A stretch of DNA of 64,000 bases from an uncultured delta proteobacterium (lineage in GTDB: Bacteria > Myxococcota > Myxococcia > Myxococcales > Myxococcaceae). Below, piece after piece: positions 39,239 to 48,491 of the stretch. The DNA lies in the NCBI GenBank assembly GCA_963776345.1, contig CAVZMH010000015.1, forward strand, positions 416,001 to 480,000. The letters run 5' to 3'. A program made the translations under genes and the position numbers. Position 1 is the first letter of the stretch, and the number at the start of each line of letters is the position of its first letter. Below the pieces are notes generated by a model that saw only the letters and a list, made by a program, of their open reading frames with translations, searched no databases and had not been told where the DNA came from.

Positions 39239-40993
39239 TCAGGACCCGGTGGGAGAGAGCACGGCCGCTTCCGAGGCCCGGAGGTCGCGCAGCTTGAGCG
39301 AGACGCGGGTCCGTCCGTTCCAGGTCTCGACCGAGGGCTGGAAGGCGAGGTCCACCGGGCCGTCCACCTCGGGCAGCCGGGGCCCCATCCCGAAGCCGAT
39401 CGCGTCGAGCGCCGGCGCGGAGGGGAGGACCAGCTTGAGGTGTGCCACCCCGCCGTTCTTCGCGGTGACGATGCGGCCCTGGGCCCGGAGCGACGCGGCG
39501 ACGAAGGTGGGCTCGGGGTTGCCCGCGCCGAAGGGCCCGAGGGCGGCCAGCGCCCCCACCGCGCGCTCGGTGAGCTCCTCCGGCTGAACGACCACGTCGA
39601 CCCGGCAGCGGGGCTCGAGATCCTCCTCGCGGAGCTGCCGGGCGGCGACGGCCTCGAACGCCCGGCGGAAGTCGAGCAGCCGCTGCGCCTCGAGCGTGAC
39701 CCCGGCCGCGTGCCGGTGGCCGCCGAAGCGCGAGAGGTGCTCGGCGCACTCCTTCAGCGCCTCGACCAGGTGGAAGCCCTCGACGCTGCGGGCGCTCCCC
39801 TTCCCCACCCCGCCCTGGACCCCGATGATCAGCGTGGGCTTGTGGAAGCGCTCGACGACGCGGGCGGCGACGATGCCCACCACGCCGGGGTGCCAGCCTT
39901 CGGCCCACAGCACGAGCCCGCGCGCCCCGTGTCGCTCCTCGGCCTGCGCGACGGCCTCGACCAGCATCTGCCGCTCGATCTTCTGGCGGGCCTCGTTCTC
40001 CCGGTCGAGCTTCTCCGCGAGGTCGCGTGCCTCGGTCAGGTTCCGGGTCCGGAGGAGCTGCAGACCCACCGACGCGTCATCGAGGCGTCCGGCGGCGTTG
40101 ATCCGGGGGCCGAGGCGGAAGCCCACCTGGCCGGCGCTCACCGAGCCCTCCGGCTCGAGCCCGGCGACCTCCTTGAGGGCACGGATGCCCGGGCGCTCGG
40201 CCTTGCCCAGCGCGTCGAGCCCGTGCCGGACGAGGATCCGGTTGACGCCGGTGAGCGGGACCACGTCGCACACCGTGGCGAGTGCGACCAGGTCCATCAG
40301 CGGCTTGAGGGCGGGCTCCGGGCGACGCTCGAACCAGCCCAGGGTCCGGAGCGAGCGCCGGAGCGCCATCACCAGGTTGAAGGCGACGCCGGCGGCGCAC
40401 AGCACCCGGGTGGGGTACTCGCAGCCGGGCTGGTGCGGATTCAGGACGGCGGTCGCCTCGGGCAGCGTCTCGGGGACGGTGTGGTGGTCGACGATGACCA
40501 CCTCCATCCCCAGGTCCCGCGCGCGGGCGACCTCGGCGACGCTGGTGATGCCGCAGTCCAGCGAGACCAGGAGCCGGGTGCCCTCCTGCGCGATGCGTTC
40601 CACCGCCCGGATGTTGAGGCCGTAGCCCTCGTCGATCCGGTGCGGGATGTACGTCTGGGGCGAGGCGCCCACCGCGTCGAGGAAGAGCGAGAGGAGCGCG
40701 GTGGAGCAGACGCCGTCCACGTCGTAGTCGCCGTAGAGCGTCACCTTCTCCTGCTGCACGACCGCGCGGGTGAGCCGCTCGACGGCGGCGGACATGCCCT
40801 TCATCCGGAAGGGATCCGGAAGGTCGGTCAGCTCGTGCGAGAGGAAGCGCGCAGCATCCTGCGGCTCCGAGACGCCGCGGGCGACGAGGACGCGAGCGGC
40901 GAGCGGATCCAGCCCGAGCTCGATGGCGAGCCGGCGGGCAGCACGGCGCTGCACCTCGACATCCCGATCTCCACCTGGAAACACCCAGCGCAA
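39239..40993 (-). CDS. recJ: Single-stranded DNA exonuclease RecJ
   Basis: GDYDVDG, DCG, VDHH, GPRINAAGR, GSARS, GGHRHAAG; TTG start with GAGGAG upstream. Confidence 0.95.
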   Translation of the reverse strand: MRWVFPGGDRDVEVQRRAARRLAIELGLDPLAARVLVARGVSEPQDAARFLSHELTDLPDPFRMKGMSAAVERLTRAVVQQEKVTLYGDYDVDGVCSTALLSLFLDAVGASPQTYIPHRIDEGYGLNIRAVERIAQEGTRLLVSLDCGITSVAEVARARDLGMEVVIVDHHTVPETLPEATAVLNPHQPGCEYPTRVLCAAGVAFNLVMALRRSLRTLGWFERRPEPALKPLMDLVALATVCDVVPLTGVNRILVRHGLDALGKAERPGIRALKEVAGLEPEGSVSAGQVGFRLGPRINAAGRLDDASVGLQLLRTRNLTEARDLAEKLDRENEARQKIERQMLVEAVAQAEERHGARGLVLWAEGWHPGVVGIVAARVVERFHKPTLIIGVQGGVGKGSARSVEGFHLVEALKECAEHLSRFGGHRHAAGVTLEAQRLLDFRRAFEAVAARQLREEDLEPRCRVDVVVQPEELTERAVGALAALGPFGAGNPEPTFVAASLRAQGRIVTAKNGGVAHLKLVLPSAPALDAIGFGMGPRLPEVDGPVDLAFQPSVETWNGRTRVSLKLRDLRASEAAVLSPTGS

Positions 40994-41168
40994 CGTGATT
41001 CCGCTCCTCGTCTGGCAAACGCCCGTCGTTCCAGGAGGTCGTACCGGAGCGGTCTGACAGCGAACGCGGCCTGCGACCGCCTGGATCAGGCGAAGCAACG
41101 AAGCGCCGCGAGATGCGGGCGAATGCACGACCGCGGCGATCAGCCGGATCGATCGACGAGGTCGCGGC

Positions 41169-41480
41169 TCAGAACACGACGTCATCGGGGTGAAACGGTG
41201 CGACGCGCGGGAGGAGCCCCTGACGGATCCGGCGGCGCATGACGAGGTACCAAGGAAACGTGACGGGCCAGAGCTGCCCGATGGCCGCGGCGAGGATGAC
41301 CGGATGAAAGGCCTCGCAGTGCCGGTGCTGGCGGAACCGGATGCGTGTCGAGTCGAAGCCAGCCCAACCCGCGGTGCCGATGCGCAGGGCGCACACGGCC
41401 GGGAGCCCGGTGAGGGCCTCGAGCGCCATGGCGGCGGCGAATGCGAGCCAGGACAGCCCCACCACCGCAAGCCAGTGCAT
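41169..41480 (-). CDS. Small hypothetical membrane protein
   Basis: GGAGG RBS before ATG; hydrophobic segments; ...LWPVTFPWYL motif. Confidence 0.5.
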   Translation of the reverse strand: MHWLAVVGLSWLAFAAAMALEALTGLPAVCALRIGTAGWAGFDSTRIRFRQHRHCEAFHPVILAAAIGQLWPVTFPWYLVMRRRIRQGLLPRVAPFHPDDVVF

Positions 41481-41652
41481 GCCTCCCCCGCGCCCACGCC
41501 GCGGCGGCAACGGTGGACGCACGCCTGGTTCGAGGCGCCGCCGAGCCACGCAGCTCCAGCTTCCTACCGGATCGATCTGACCGCTGACGCCAGTCCCCAT
41601 TCCGATGAGCGGAGTGGCGTGCCAGGGCCCCGAGCCGAGCTCGCCCGGCGGC

Positions 41653-42391
41653 TCACGCTCTCTGGATCTCGCCCACGCGGACCCCCAGGACGATCTCCCC
41701 CCGGTACCCCGCGGTGGGGCTGCCTTCGAGGGGGACCAGGAGCGCGCCGTGGCCGCGGTAGACGGGATCCACCGCGTTTCGCGTGTCGCGCGGCGCGCGG
41801 TCGGCATACGGGGCCGTGGCCAGCACTCCGTCCGTGACCTCGTCGTCGAAGAAGAGCTGGGTGCTCAGCTCGGTCGTGACCTCGGCGAACGGGTCGAACA
41901 GCCGCACCTTGGCGTGGATGTGCACGGCTCGGCCCGGGTACCAGCCTGGATAGATCGTGGTGAAGGTGGCGGTGCCCCCGGCATCGGTGACCTGGTACCC
42001 GCGGAGAAAGTCCTGCCCCGCGGTCCCGGTCCCGGGCACGTCCGAGTAGATCCCGAGCGCGTCGCAGTGCCAGAGGTCCACCTGCGCCCCGCGCAGTGGC
42101 CGGCAGTCCTGATCGGAGGGCGCCAGTAGCCGGATGTCGAGCGTGAGCGGGACTCCGGGCCGTGGATCGGGCGCGGCGATCCGGCGCGTGTCCCACCGGA
42201 GATCGGAACGGTCGAGCCGCTCGTCGACCCAGTACGGGCCGGCGGTCAGCCCAGGAGCCATCGCGCAGGCCGGGCCCTGCGGAGCACTCCCGCAGCCGAC
42301 GACCAGCGCTGCGCCCAGCCGCCCCAGCGCGGCCAGGGCCTGCCGGCGGTCGAGCGAGGCTGGTCGGGACCTGGGGGCGTCTCGGCGGCAT
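41653..42391 (-). CDS. Intradiol ring-cleavage dioxygenase-like protein, putative Tat lipoprotein (start uncertain; possible +1 indel at 42373-42377)
   Basis: GPYW, VDLWHCDALGIY, FLRGYQVTD, TIYPGWY, HIH, TQLFF; LDRRQAL...VVGC. Confidence 0.8.
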
Positions 42392-42634
42392 GCCCGGAGG
42401 ACACCGGGCTGCCCCGATCGATGCGGACCCCCACCTCGCCGAGCACCCGCTGGCGCTCCAGGGCCGCACCGGACGCCGACGTCGACCGCCCGGGCGTGCA
42501 GCCCTGCGACGACCGTGGCGCGAGCGTTGTCCGGCATGGAGCCGCACGTTCCGGAACCGCCGTCAAGACGGCGCGCGGCAGGCGGTGGCGCTGCCGCCCG
42601 GGACGCCACGACGCGTCCCGGGTGGCGGCGCCGC

Positions 42635-43792
42635 TCACGCCGGCCGGATCTTCATCGCCCCGCCGGCGGCCTTCTTCCGCGCGGCGCGCTCGTCCAGCCA
42701 GATGGTCAGCGGGCTGGCGATGTACACGCTGGAGTATGTCCCGACGATGATGCCCACCAGCATCGCCATCGCGAAGTCCCAGATCTCCCCCACCCCGAAG
42801 ATGAGGAGGCCGATGAGGGAAAGCGCGGTCACGCCCGAGGTGAGGATGGTGCGCGACAGCGTGTCGTTCACCGCGATGTTGATGATCTCCGGCAAGGGCT
42901 TGCCCTTGTAGCGGGCCATCTCCTCGCGGATCCGGTCGTAGATCACGATGGTGTCGTTGATCGAGTAGCCGGTGATGGTGAGCAGCACCGCGATCGAGGT
43001 GAGGTTGAACTCCCGGCGGGACACCAGGTAATAGCCGCTGACCATGATCACGTCGTGGACCATGGCCACCAGCGCGCCCGGGCCGAACTTGAAGTCGAAC
43101 CGGAAGGCCACGTACACCAGGATCGCCAGCATCGCGTAGAGCAGCGCGGCGATGCCCTTGTTCCGCAGCTGGTTTCCGACCTGCGGACCCACGTAGTCCA
43201 CCCGCTGCACCTTGAAGTCCGGCTGCGCCAGCCCCTTGGCCATGGCGGCCGTGATCCGGTCCGCCATGCCCGAGGCGACGATTTGGTAGTCCTGTCCCCC
43301 GCCCTGGGCAGCGCCGAGGTCGCGGACCTCCTTCACCCCGGTCCCAGACGCCGAGACGGCCTGGCGTACCCGGTCGGCGTCCAGCTTCTGCGCCGAGCGG
43401 AAGTTGATCAGCCCGTTCTGCACGTCGGCGTGGAGGTTGCTGATGCCGCCCAGCGCCTCCAGCGCCTGGCGCGCGGTGACCGCGCTCTCCGCCGTCAGCT
43501 GGGTCACGCCGCCGAGTCGGAGCAGGTAGCTGTTGTCGCTGGCCGAGCCGATGCCCTGGACGCTCACCTCGTGCAGCCCCGAGGCCTGGGCCCGGGACCT
43601 CACCTCGTCGGCGCGGATGGAATGGTCGAACTTGAGCTCGACCACGGTGCCGCCGGCGAAGTCGACGCCAAAGTTGAACCCGAAGATGGCGATGCCCACC
43701 ACGATGGCGAGGTTCAGCACCGAGGAGATGAACAGTGCCGGCTTCCGCTTCCCGATGAAGTCGATGTTGGTCTTGTGCTTGAGGATCTGCAT
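42635..43792 (-). CDS. secF: Protein translocase subunit SecF
   Basis: GVDFAGG, VGPQVG, GYSINDTIVIYDRIRE. Confidence 0.95.
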   Translation of the reverse strand: MQILKHKTNIDFIGKRKPALFISSVLNLAIVVGIAIFGFNFGVDFAGGTVVELKFDHSIRADEVRSRAQASGLHEVSVQGIGSASDNSYLLRLGGVTQLTAESAVTARQALEALGGISNLHADVQNGLINFRSAQKLDADRVRQAVSASGTGVKEVRDLGAAQGGGQDYQIVASGMADRITAAMAKGLAQPDFKVQRVDYVGPQVGNQLRNKGIAALLYAMLAILVYVAFRFDFKFGPGALVAMVHDVIMVSGYYLVSRREFNLTSIAVLLTITGYSINDTIVIYDRIREEMARYKGKPLPEIINIAVNDTLSRTILTSGVTALSLIGLLIFGVGEIWDFAMAMLVGIIVGTYSSVYIASPLTIWLDERAARKKAAGGAMKIRPA

Positions 43793-43794
43793 CG

Positions 43795-45564
43795 TCAGAC
43801 CGAGACCGTCTGGGCGCCGCGCCCGTGGACGAAGTAGGTGGTGATCGCCCGGGTGACGACGATCGAGGTGAAGAGCGAGGCCACCAGCCCGATGATCAGC
43901 GAGGTGGCGAACCCGCGCACCGGACCCGTCCCGGTGGAGAGCAGGATGAAGCCGGCGATCAGCGTGGTGACGTGGGCGTCGAAGATGGTCCAGAAGGCCC
44001 GGTCGTAGCCCTGGTCGACCGCGGCCCGGGCGCTCTTGCCGTTGGCCAGCTCCTCACGGACGCGCTCGTTGATCAGCACGTTGGCGTCCACCGCGATGCC
44101 CAGGGTGAGCACGAAGCCGGCGATGCCCGGCAGGGTGAGGGTGGCGTTGAACAGCGCCAGCCCGGCGAGGATGAGGACGCCGTTGAGGATCAGCGCCACG
44201 TCCGCGATGAACCCGGACTTCCGGTAGTAGACCGCCATGAAGGCGACCACCAGGGCCAGGCCGACGATGGCGGCCAGGCTGCCCTTCCTGATCAGCTCGT
44301 CCCCGAGGCTCGCCCCGACCTGCCGGATCTCACCGGTGGTCACCGGCGCGGGCAGCGCACCGGCCCGGAGCACCAGCACGAGATTCTGGGCCTCCTGCAG
44401 CATCTGCTCGTCGGTCTTGCCCAGCGAGTGGCCGAGGGTGATGCGGGCCCGCCCGTTGGGGATGCGCTCGTTGATCCGCGGCGCGGAGTTGACGTTCTCG
44501 TCGAGGACGATGGCCATGTAGCGGCCCACGTTGTCGCCGGTGAGCTTCCCGAACTCGACGCCGCCCTGGGTGTCGAACGAGAGGTTCACCTCGAAGTCGT
44601 TGCTGGTCTGGCTCCGGTTGTAGTCCGCCGTGGCCAGGCTCTCGCCGGTGAGCGGGACGGCCTTGTCCACCAGGTAGGCGAGGTAGCTGTCGCAGGTGCC
44701 CTTCTGGGCCTGGGCGCTCACGCACTGGAGCAGGACCTGGCGGTCGGCCGGGACGTCCTGGTGGGCGTAGGCGAGCAGCGCCTCCCGGTCCTTGCCCTCG
44801 AGCTGCTCGTACCCGTTGGGCTTCACCAGTCGGATGCCCGAGTCCACCGGGGGCGGGTGCTTGGCCACCAGCTGGCCGAAGAAGGTGCTCTTCTCGTCCA
44901 CCATCCGGAACTCGAGCTGGGCGGTGGTGCCGATCAGCTCCTTGGCCTGCTCCGGATCCTGCTGGCCGGGGAGCGAGATCTGGATCGAGTCGGTGCCCAT
45001 CTTCCGGACGTCCACCTCGGCCACGCCCCACTTGTCGATGCGCCGGCGGATGACGAGCATCGCCTGGTCCACCGCGTCGTCGCGGAACCGGGACACCTGG
45101 GTGTCCCTGAGCTGATAGGTGATCGCCTCGGCGGTCCGGCCCACCCGGGAGAAGTCGTCGAAGCCCTTCAGCTCCTTCTCCACCTTGTCCAGGGTGGCGG
45201 CGTCGGGCGCCTTCAGGGTGAGCTCGAGCTTCTCGGGCTCGGTGGTGTAGGTGACGCCCTCGACCTTCTGGTCCTTGAGGTAGTTGACGATCTGCAGGCC
45301 CCGGCGCTCGACCCGCTTCTGGAGCGCGGTCTGGGTGTCGACCCGCATCACCATGTGGATGCCGCCCTGCAGGTCGAGGCCGAGGTTGAGCCGGTGGTTC
45401 GCGCCCGGCGCCCACCGGGGCAGCTTGGACTGGAGCAGCTTGAGGTCGTTCCGCTGCGCCTTGGGCAACACGAAGAACGAGTAGTACGTCGGGATGAGGT
45501 ACCAGATGGCGCCGAGGGTGACCCCGAGGATGATCGCCCACCGGCCCCAGTTCCCGCGGCCCAT
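43795..45564 (-). CDS. secD: Protein translocase subunit SecD
   Basis: LGLDLQGG, LRAGALPAP, AVDANVLINERVRE. Confidence 0.95.
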   Translation of the reverse strand: MGRGNWGRWAIILGVTLGAIWYLIPTYYSFFVLPKAQRNDLKLLQSKLPRWAPGANHRLNLGLDLQGGIHMVMRVDTQTALQKRVERRGLQIVNYLKDQKVEGVTYTTEPEKLELTLKAPDAATLDKVEKELKGFDDFSRVGRTAEAITYQLRDTQVSRFRDDAVDQAMLVIRRRIDKWGVAEVDVRKMGTDSIQISLPGQQDPEQAKELIGTTAQLEFRMVDEKSTFFGQLVAKHPPPVDSGIRLVKPNGYEQLEGKDREALLAYAHQDVPADRQVLLQCVSAQAQKGTCDSYLAYLVDKAVPLTGESLATADYNRSQTSNDFEVNLSFDTQGGVEFGKLTGDNVGRYMAIVLDENVNSAPRINERIPNGRARITLGHSLGKTDEQMLQEAQNLVLVLRAGALPAPVTTGEIRQVGASLGDELIRKGSLAAIVGLALVVAFMAVYYRKSGFIADVALILNGVLILAGLALFNATLTLPGIAGFVLTLGIAVDANVLINERVREELANGKSARAAVDQGYDRAFWTIFDAHVTTLIAGFILLSTGTGPVRGFATSLIIGLVASLFTSIVVTRAITTYFVHGRGAQTVSV

Positions 45565-45914
45565 CACTTGGACTCCTTCTCCGCCTTGCTCTCCTCGGGC
45601 TTCGCCGGCTCGGCCGGGTCCTTGAGGACCGTCTGCACCGAGGTCTTCAGCACCCGGAGCTTCACGTTGGTCGCGACCTCGATCTGAACCTCACGGTCGG
45701 CGATCAGGAAGATGCGGCCGATGATCCCGCCCTGGGTCACCACCACGTCGCCCTTCTTGAGGTTGGCGAGGAGCGCCTTGTGCTCCTTGAGCTGCTTCTG
45801 CTGGGGCCGGATCATGAGGAAGTACATGATCGCGAACATCCCGGCGATGAAGATGAAGAGCGACGATCCGCTTCCGCCGGCCACCTGGGCCAGCAGGACT
45901 TGGTGAGTGAGCAC
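45564..45914 (-). CDS. yajC: Preprotein translocase subunit YajC
   Basis: YFLMIRPQQK, GDVVVTQGGI; upstream of secD. Confidence 0.92.
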   Translation of the reverse strand: MLTHQVLLAQVAGGSGSSLFIFIAGMFAIMYFLMIRPQQKQLKEHKALLANLKKGDVVVTQGGIIGRIFLIADREVQIEVATNVKLRVLKTSVQTVLKDPAEPAKPEESKAEKESK

Positions 45915-46157
45915 GGGGATGGACTCCGTAGAGACCTCTCGAAACAGGGGAATCTTGAGAGGGCGCGCATCCTTAGCAAGAGGGCGCACCGGACGACAAG
46001 AAGCGGGGCCAGGATCAGAACCGGATCAGAATTGCCCCGCTGAACGGACGTTCAACACGCTGCACGGGCCCGGGATTCCTGGGGAGTTCCGACGCCACGG
46101 ATCAGCCGCGCCCCCCGAGCCCCGCTGCTCGTCCGGCCATGGATCAGCCGCGGGCCC

Positions 46158-47282
46158 TCACCCGGTCGGCGCCCGTCCTGACTCGCGCCGCCGCACGTCC
46201 TCGGCGTACGCGCCGAACCGGTCCTCCTCGATGGCGGCGCGCGCCCCGCGCATGAGCTCCAGGAAATGGTGCAGGTTGTGGAGCGTGGCCAGCCGGAGCG
46301 CGAGCAGCTCGTCGGCGGCGAAGAGATGGCGGAGGTAGGCGCGCGAGTGCGTCCGGCAGGTGTAGCAGGCGCAGCCCGGGTCGGGTGGGCGCTCGTCGCG
46401 CGCGTGCACCCTGTTGCGGAGGTTGAGCCGCCCCTGGGTGGCGAAGAGCAGGCCGTTGCGGGCGCACCGGGTCGGGAGCACGCAGTCGAACATGTCGACG
46501 CCCGCCGCCACCGCGGTGACGAGGTCCACCGGCGTCCCCACCCCCATCAGGTACCGGGGCTTGTCCTCGGGAAGCAGCGGCGCCACCTCGGCCACCGAGG
46601 CGTGCATCTCCTCCGGGCGCTCGCCGACGGAGTACCCGCCGAGCGCGTACCCCGGGAGCTCCACCGCGCAGACCTCCTCGAGATGCCGGCGACGGAGCTC
46701 GAGGTCCAGGCCGCCCTGGACGATGCCGAAGAGCGCGCTCCGGCCACGGCTCCAGGCCGCCGCGCAGCGCTGCAGCCAGCGCGTGGTTCGGGCGAGGCTC
46801 TCCTCGAGGTACGCGCGTTCGGCGTTCGAGGGCGGACACTCGTCGAAGGCCATGATGATGTCCGCGCCGAGTGTCTCCTGGATCTGGACCGACCGCTCCG
46901 GGGTCAGGAGCCAGCGGCTCCCGTCGAGGTGCGACTGGAAGCTCGCGCCCTCCTCGGTGATCTTCCGGCTCTGGGCCAGGCTGTAGACCTGGAAGCCGCC
47001 GGAGTCGGTGAGGAGGGCCCGGTCCCAGGCCATGAAGCGGTGGAGCCCGCCGAGCGCGCCGATGAGCTCCTCTCCGGGCCGCAGCATCAGGTGGTAGGTG
47101 TTGCCGAGGAGGATCTCCGCCCCGAGCGCGCGGAGGTCGTCCTGCCCCACCGCCTTCACCGTCGCCTGGGTGCCCACCGGCATGAAGACCGGCGTCTCCA
47201 CCGTCCCGTGCGGGGTGTGCAGCCGGCCGCGGCGCGCGTGGGTGCTCGCATCGCGGTGAAGGCGCTCGAACCGGAGGCTCAC
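46158..47282 (-). CDS. tgt: tRNA-guanine transglycosylase
   Basis: TPVFMPVGT, NTYHL, DSGGFQ, FDCVLPTR, CACYTC Zn site. Confidence 0.96.
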   Translation of the reverse strand: MSLRFERLHRDASTHARRGRLHTPHGTVETPVFMPVGTQATVKAVGQDDLRALGAEILLGNTYHLMLRPGEELIGALGGLHRFMAWDRALLTDSGGFQVYSLAQSRKITEEGASFQSHLDGSRWLLTPERSVQIQETLGADIIMAFDECPPSNAERAYLEESLARTTRWLQRCAAAWSRGRSALFGIVQGGLDLELRRRHLEEVCAVELPGYALGGYSVGERPEEMHASVAEVAPLLPEDKPRYLMGVGTPVDLVTAVAAGVDMFDCVLPTRCARNGLLFATQGRLNLRNRVHARDERPPDPGCACYTCRTHSRAYLRHLFAADELLALRLATLHNLHHFLELMRGARAAIEEDRFGAYAEDVRRRESGRAPTG

Positions 47283-48355
47283 CGGACCGCTCCCGCCGCG
47301 ACGAAGGTCGCATCCCCGTAGCTGAAGAACCGGTAGCGCTCGGCGACGGCCGCCCGGTAGGCCGCGAGCACCGCCTCCCGCCCGGCGAAGGCGGAGACCA
47401 GCATCAGCAAGGTCGAGCGGGGGAGGTGGAAGTTGGTGAGCAGCGCCTCCACGACCTGGAACCGGTACGGCGGGCGGATGAACAGCTGTGAGGCCCCCGG
47501 CCCGGCGCGCACGCTCCCTCCCTGGACCGCGCTCTCCAGCGTCCGGACCACGGTGGTCCCGACCGCGACGATGCGCCTGCCCTGGCTCCGCGCCCGGTTC
47601 ACCGCCGCGGCCGTCTCCTCGGGCACGTGGTACCGCTCGGAATGCATCCGGTGCGTCGACTCGTCCTCACCGCGTACGGGGAGGAACGTTCCCGGGCCCA
47701 CGTCGAGGGTGACGAACCGGCGCTCCACCCCCAGGGCCTCCAGCTCGGCGAAGGTCTCCGCGGTGAGGTGGAGCCCGGCGGTGGGCGCGGCGACCGAGCC
47801 GTCGGCCCGCGCGTAGACGGTCTGGTAGCGGGTCCGGTCCTCCGCCGTGGGCTCGCGCGCCACGTAGGGCGGGAGCGGCACCCGGCCCGCCCGCTCCAGG
47901 AGGTCGGCGACGGAGCCCTCGGCCTGGAAGCGCACCCGGAGCTCGCCCTCCCCCCGCGCCTCCACCAGCGTGGCCGAGCCGCCGTCGAGCTCGACCACCG
48001 TTCCCGCCCGGAGCCCCTTGCTGGCCTGACCGAGACAGACCCAGTCGAGCGCCTCCGCGGGGCCGGTGAGCGCGCCGGCGGCGTCGACCTCGGCGTCGGG
48101 GCGGACCAGCAGCAGCTCCACCCGCCCGCCGCTCCCTCGCTTCCGGCCGAGAAGCCGCGCCGGAATCACCCGGGTGTCGTTGAGCACCACCAGGTCGCCC
48201 CGGCGGAGCAGCCCCGGCCACTCCCGGAAGCTCCGGTGGGCGATTGCGCCGGAGGCCCGGTCGAGCACCAGCAGGCGCGAGGCGTCCCGCCGCTCGAGGG
48301 GAGCCCGGGCGATGAGCGCATCGGGGAGGTTGAAGTCGTAGTCGGAGAGGGCCAA
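47279..48355 (-). CDS. queA: S-adenosylmethionine:tRNA ribosyltransferase-isomerase
   Basis: NDTRVIPARL, PLPPY, YQTVYA, AAPTAGLH, VGTT, TNFHLP, SYGDA. Confidence 0.95.
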   Translation of the reverse strand: MALSDYDFNLPDALIARAPLERRDASRLLVLDRASGAIAHRSFREWPGLLRRGDLVVLNDTRVIPARLLGRKRGSGGRVELLLVRPDAEVDAAGALTGPAEALDWVCLGQASKGLRAGTVVELDGGSATLVEARGEGELRVRFQAEGSVADLLERAGRVPLPPYVAREPTAEDRTRYQTVYARADGSVAAPTAGLHLTAETFAELEALGVERRFVTLDVGPGTFLPVRGEDESTHRMHSERYHVPEETAAAVNRARSQGRRIVAVGTTVVRTLESAVQGGSVRAGPGASQLFIRPPYRFQVVEALLTNFHLPRSTLLMLVSAFAGREAVLAAYRAAVAERYRFFSYGDATFVAAGAVR

Positions 48356-48491
48356 CGCGGAGCAGGGACCTCCCTTCTCGTTTGCCGACGCCTCCCGGTC
48401 AAGTGACGGGGGGGCGCGCACCGCACGGGTCGACACGCCGGCAGCATCGATGTTGACCCACCGGCGCCGGCGACCGTCTGCTGCTGCGCCC

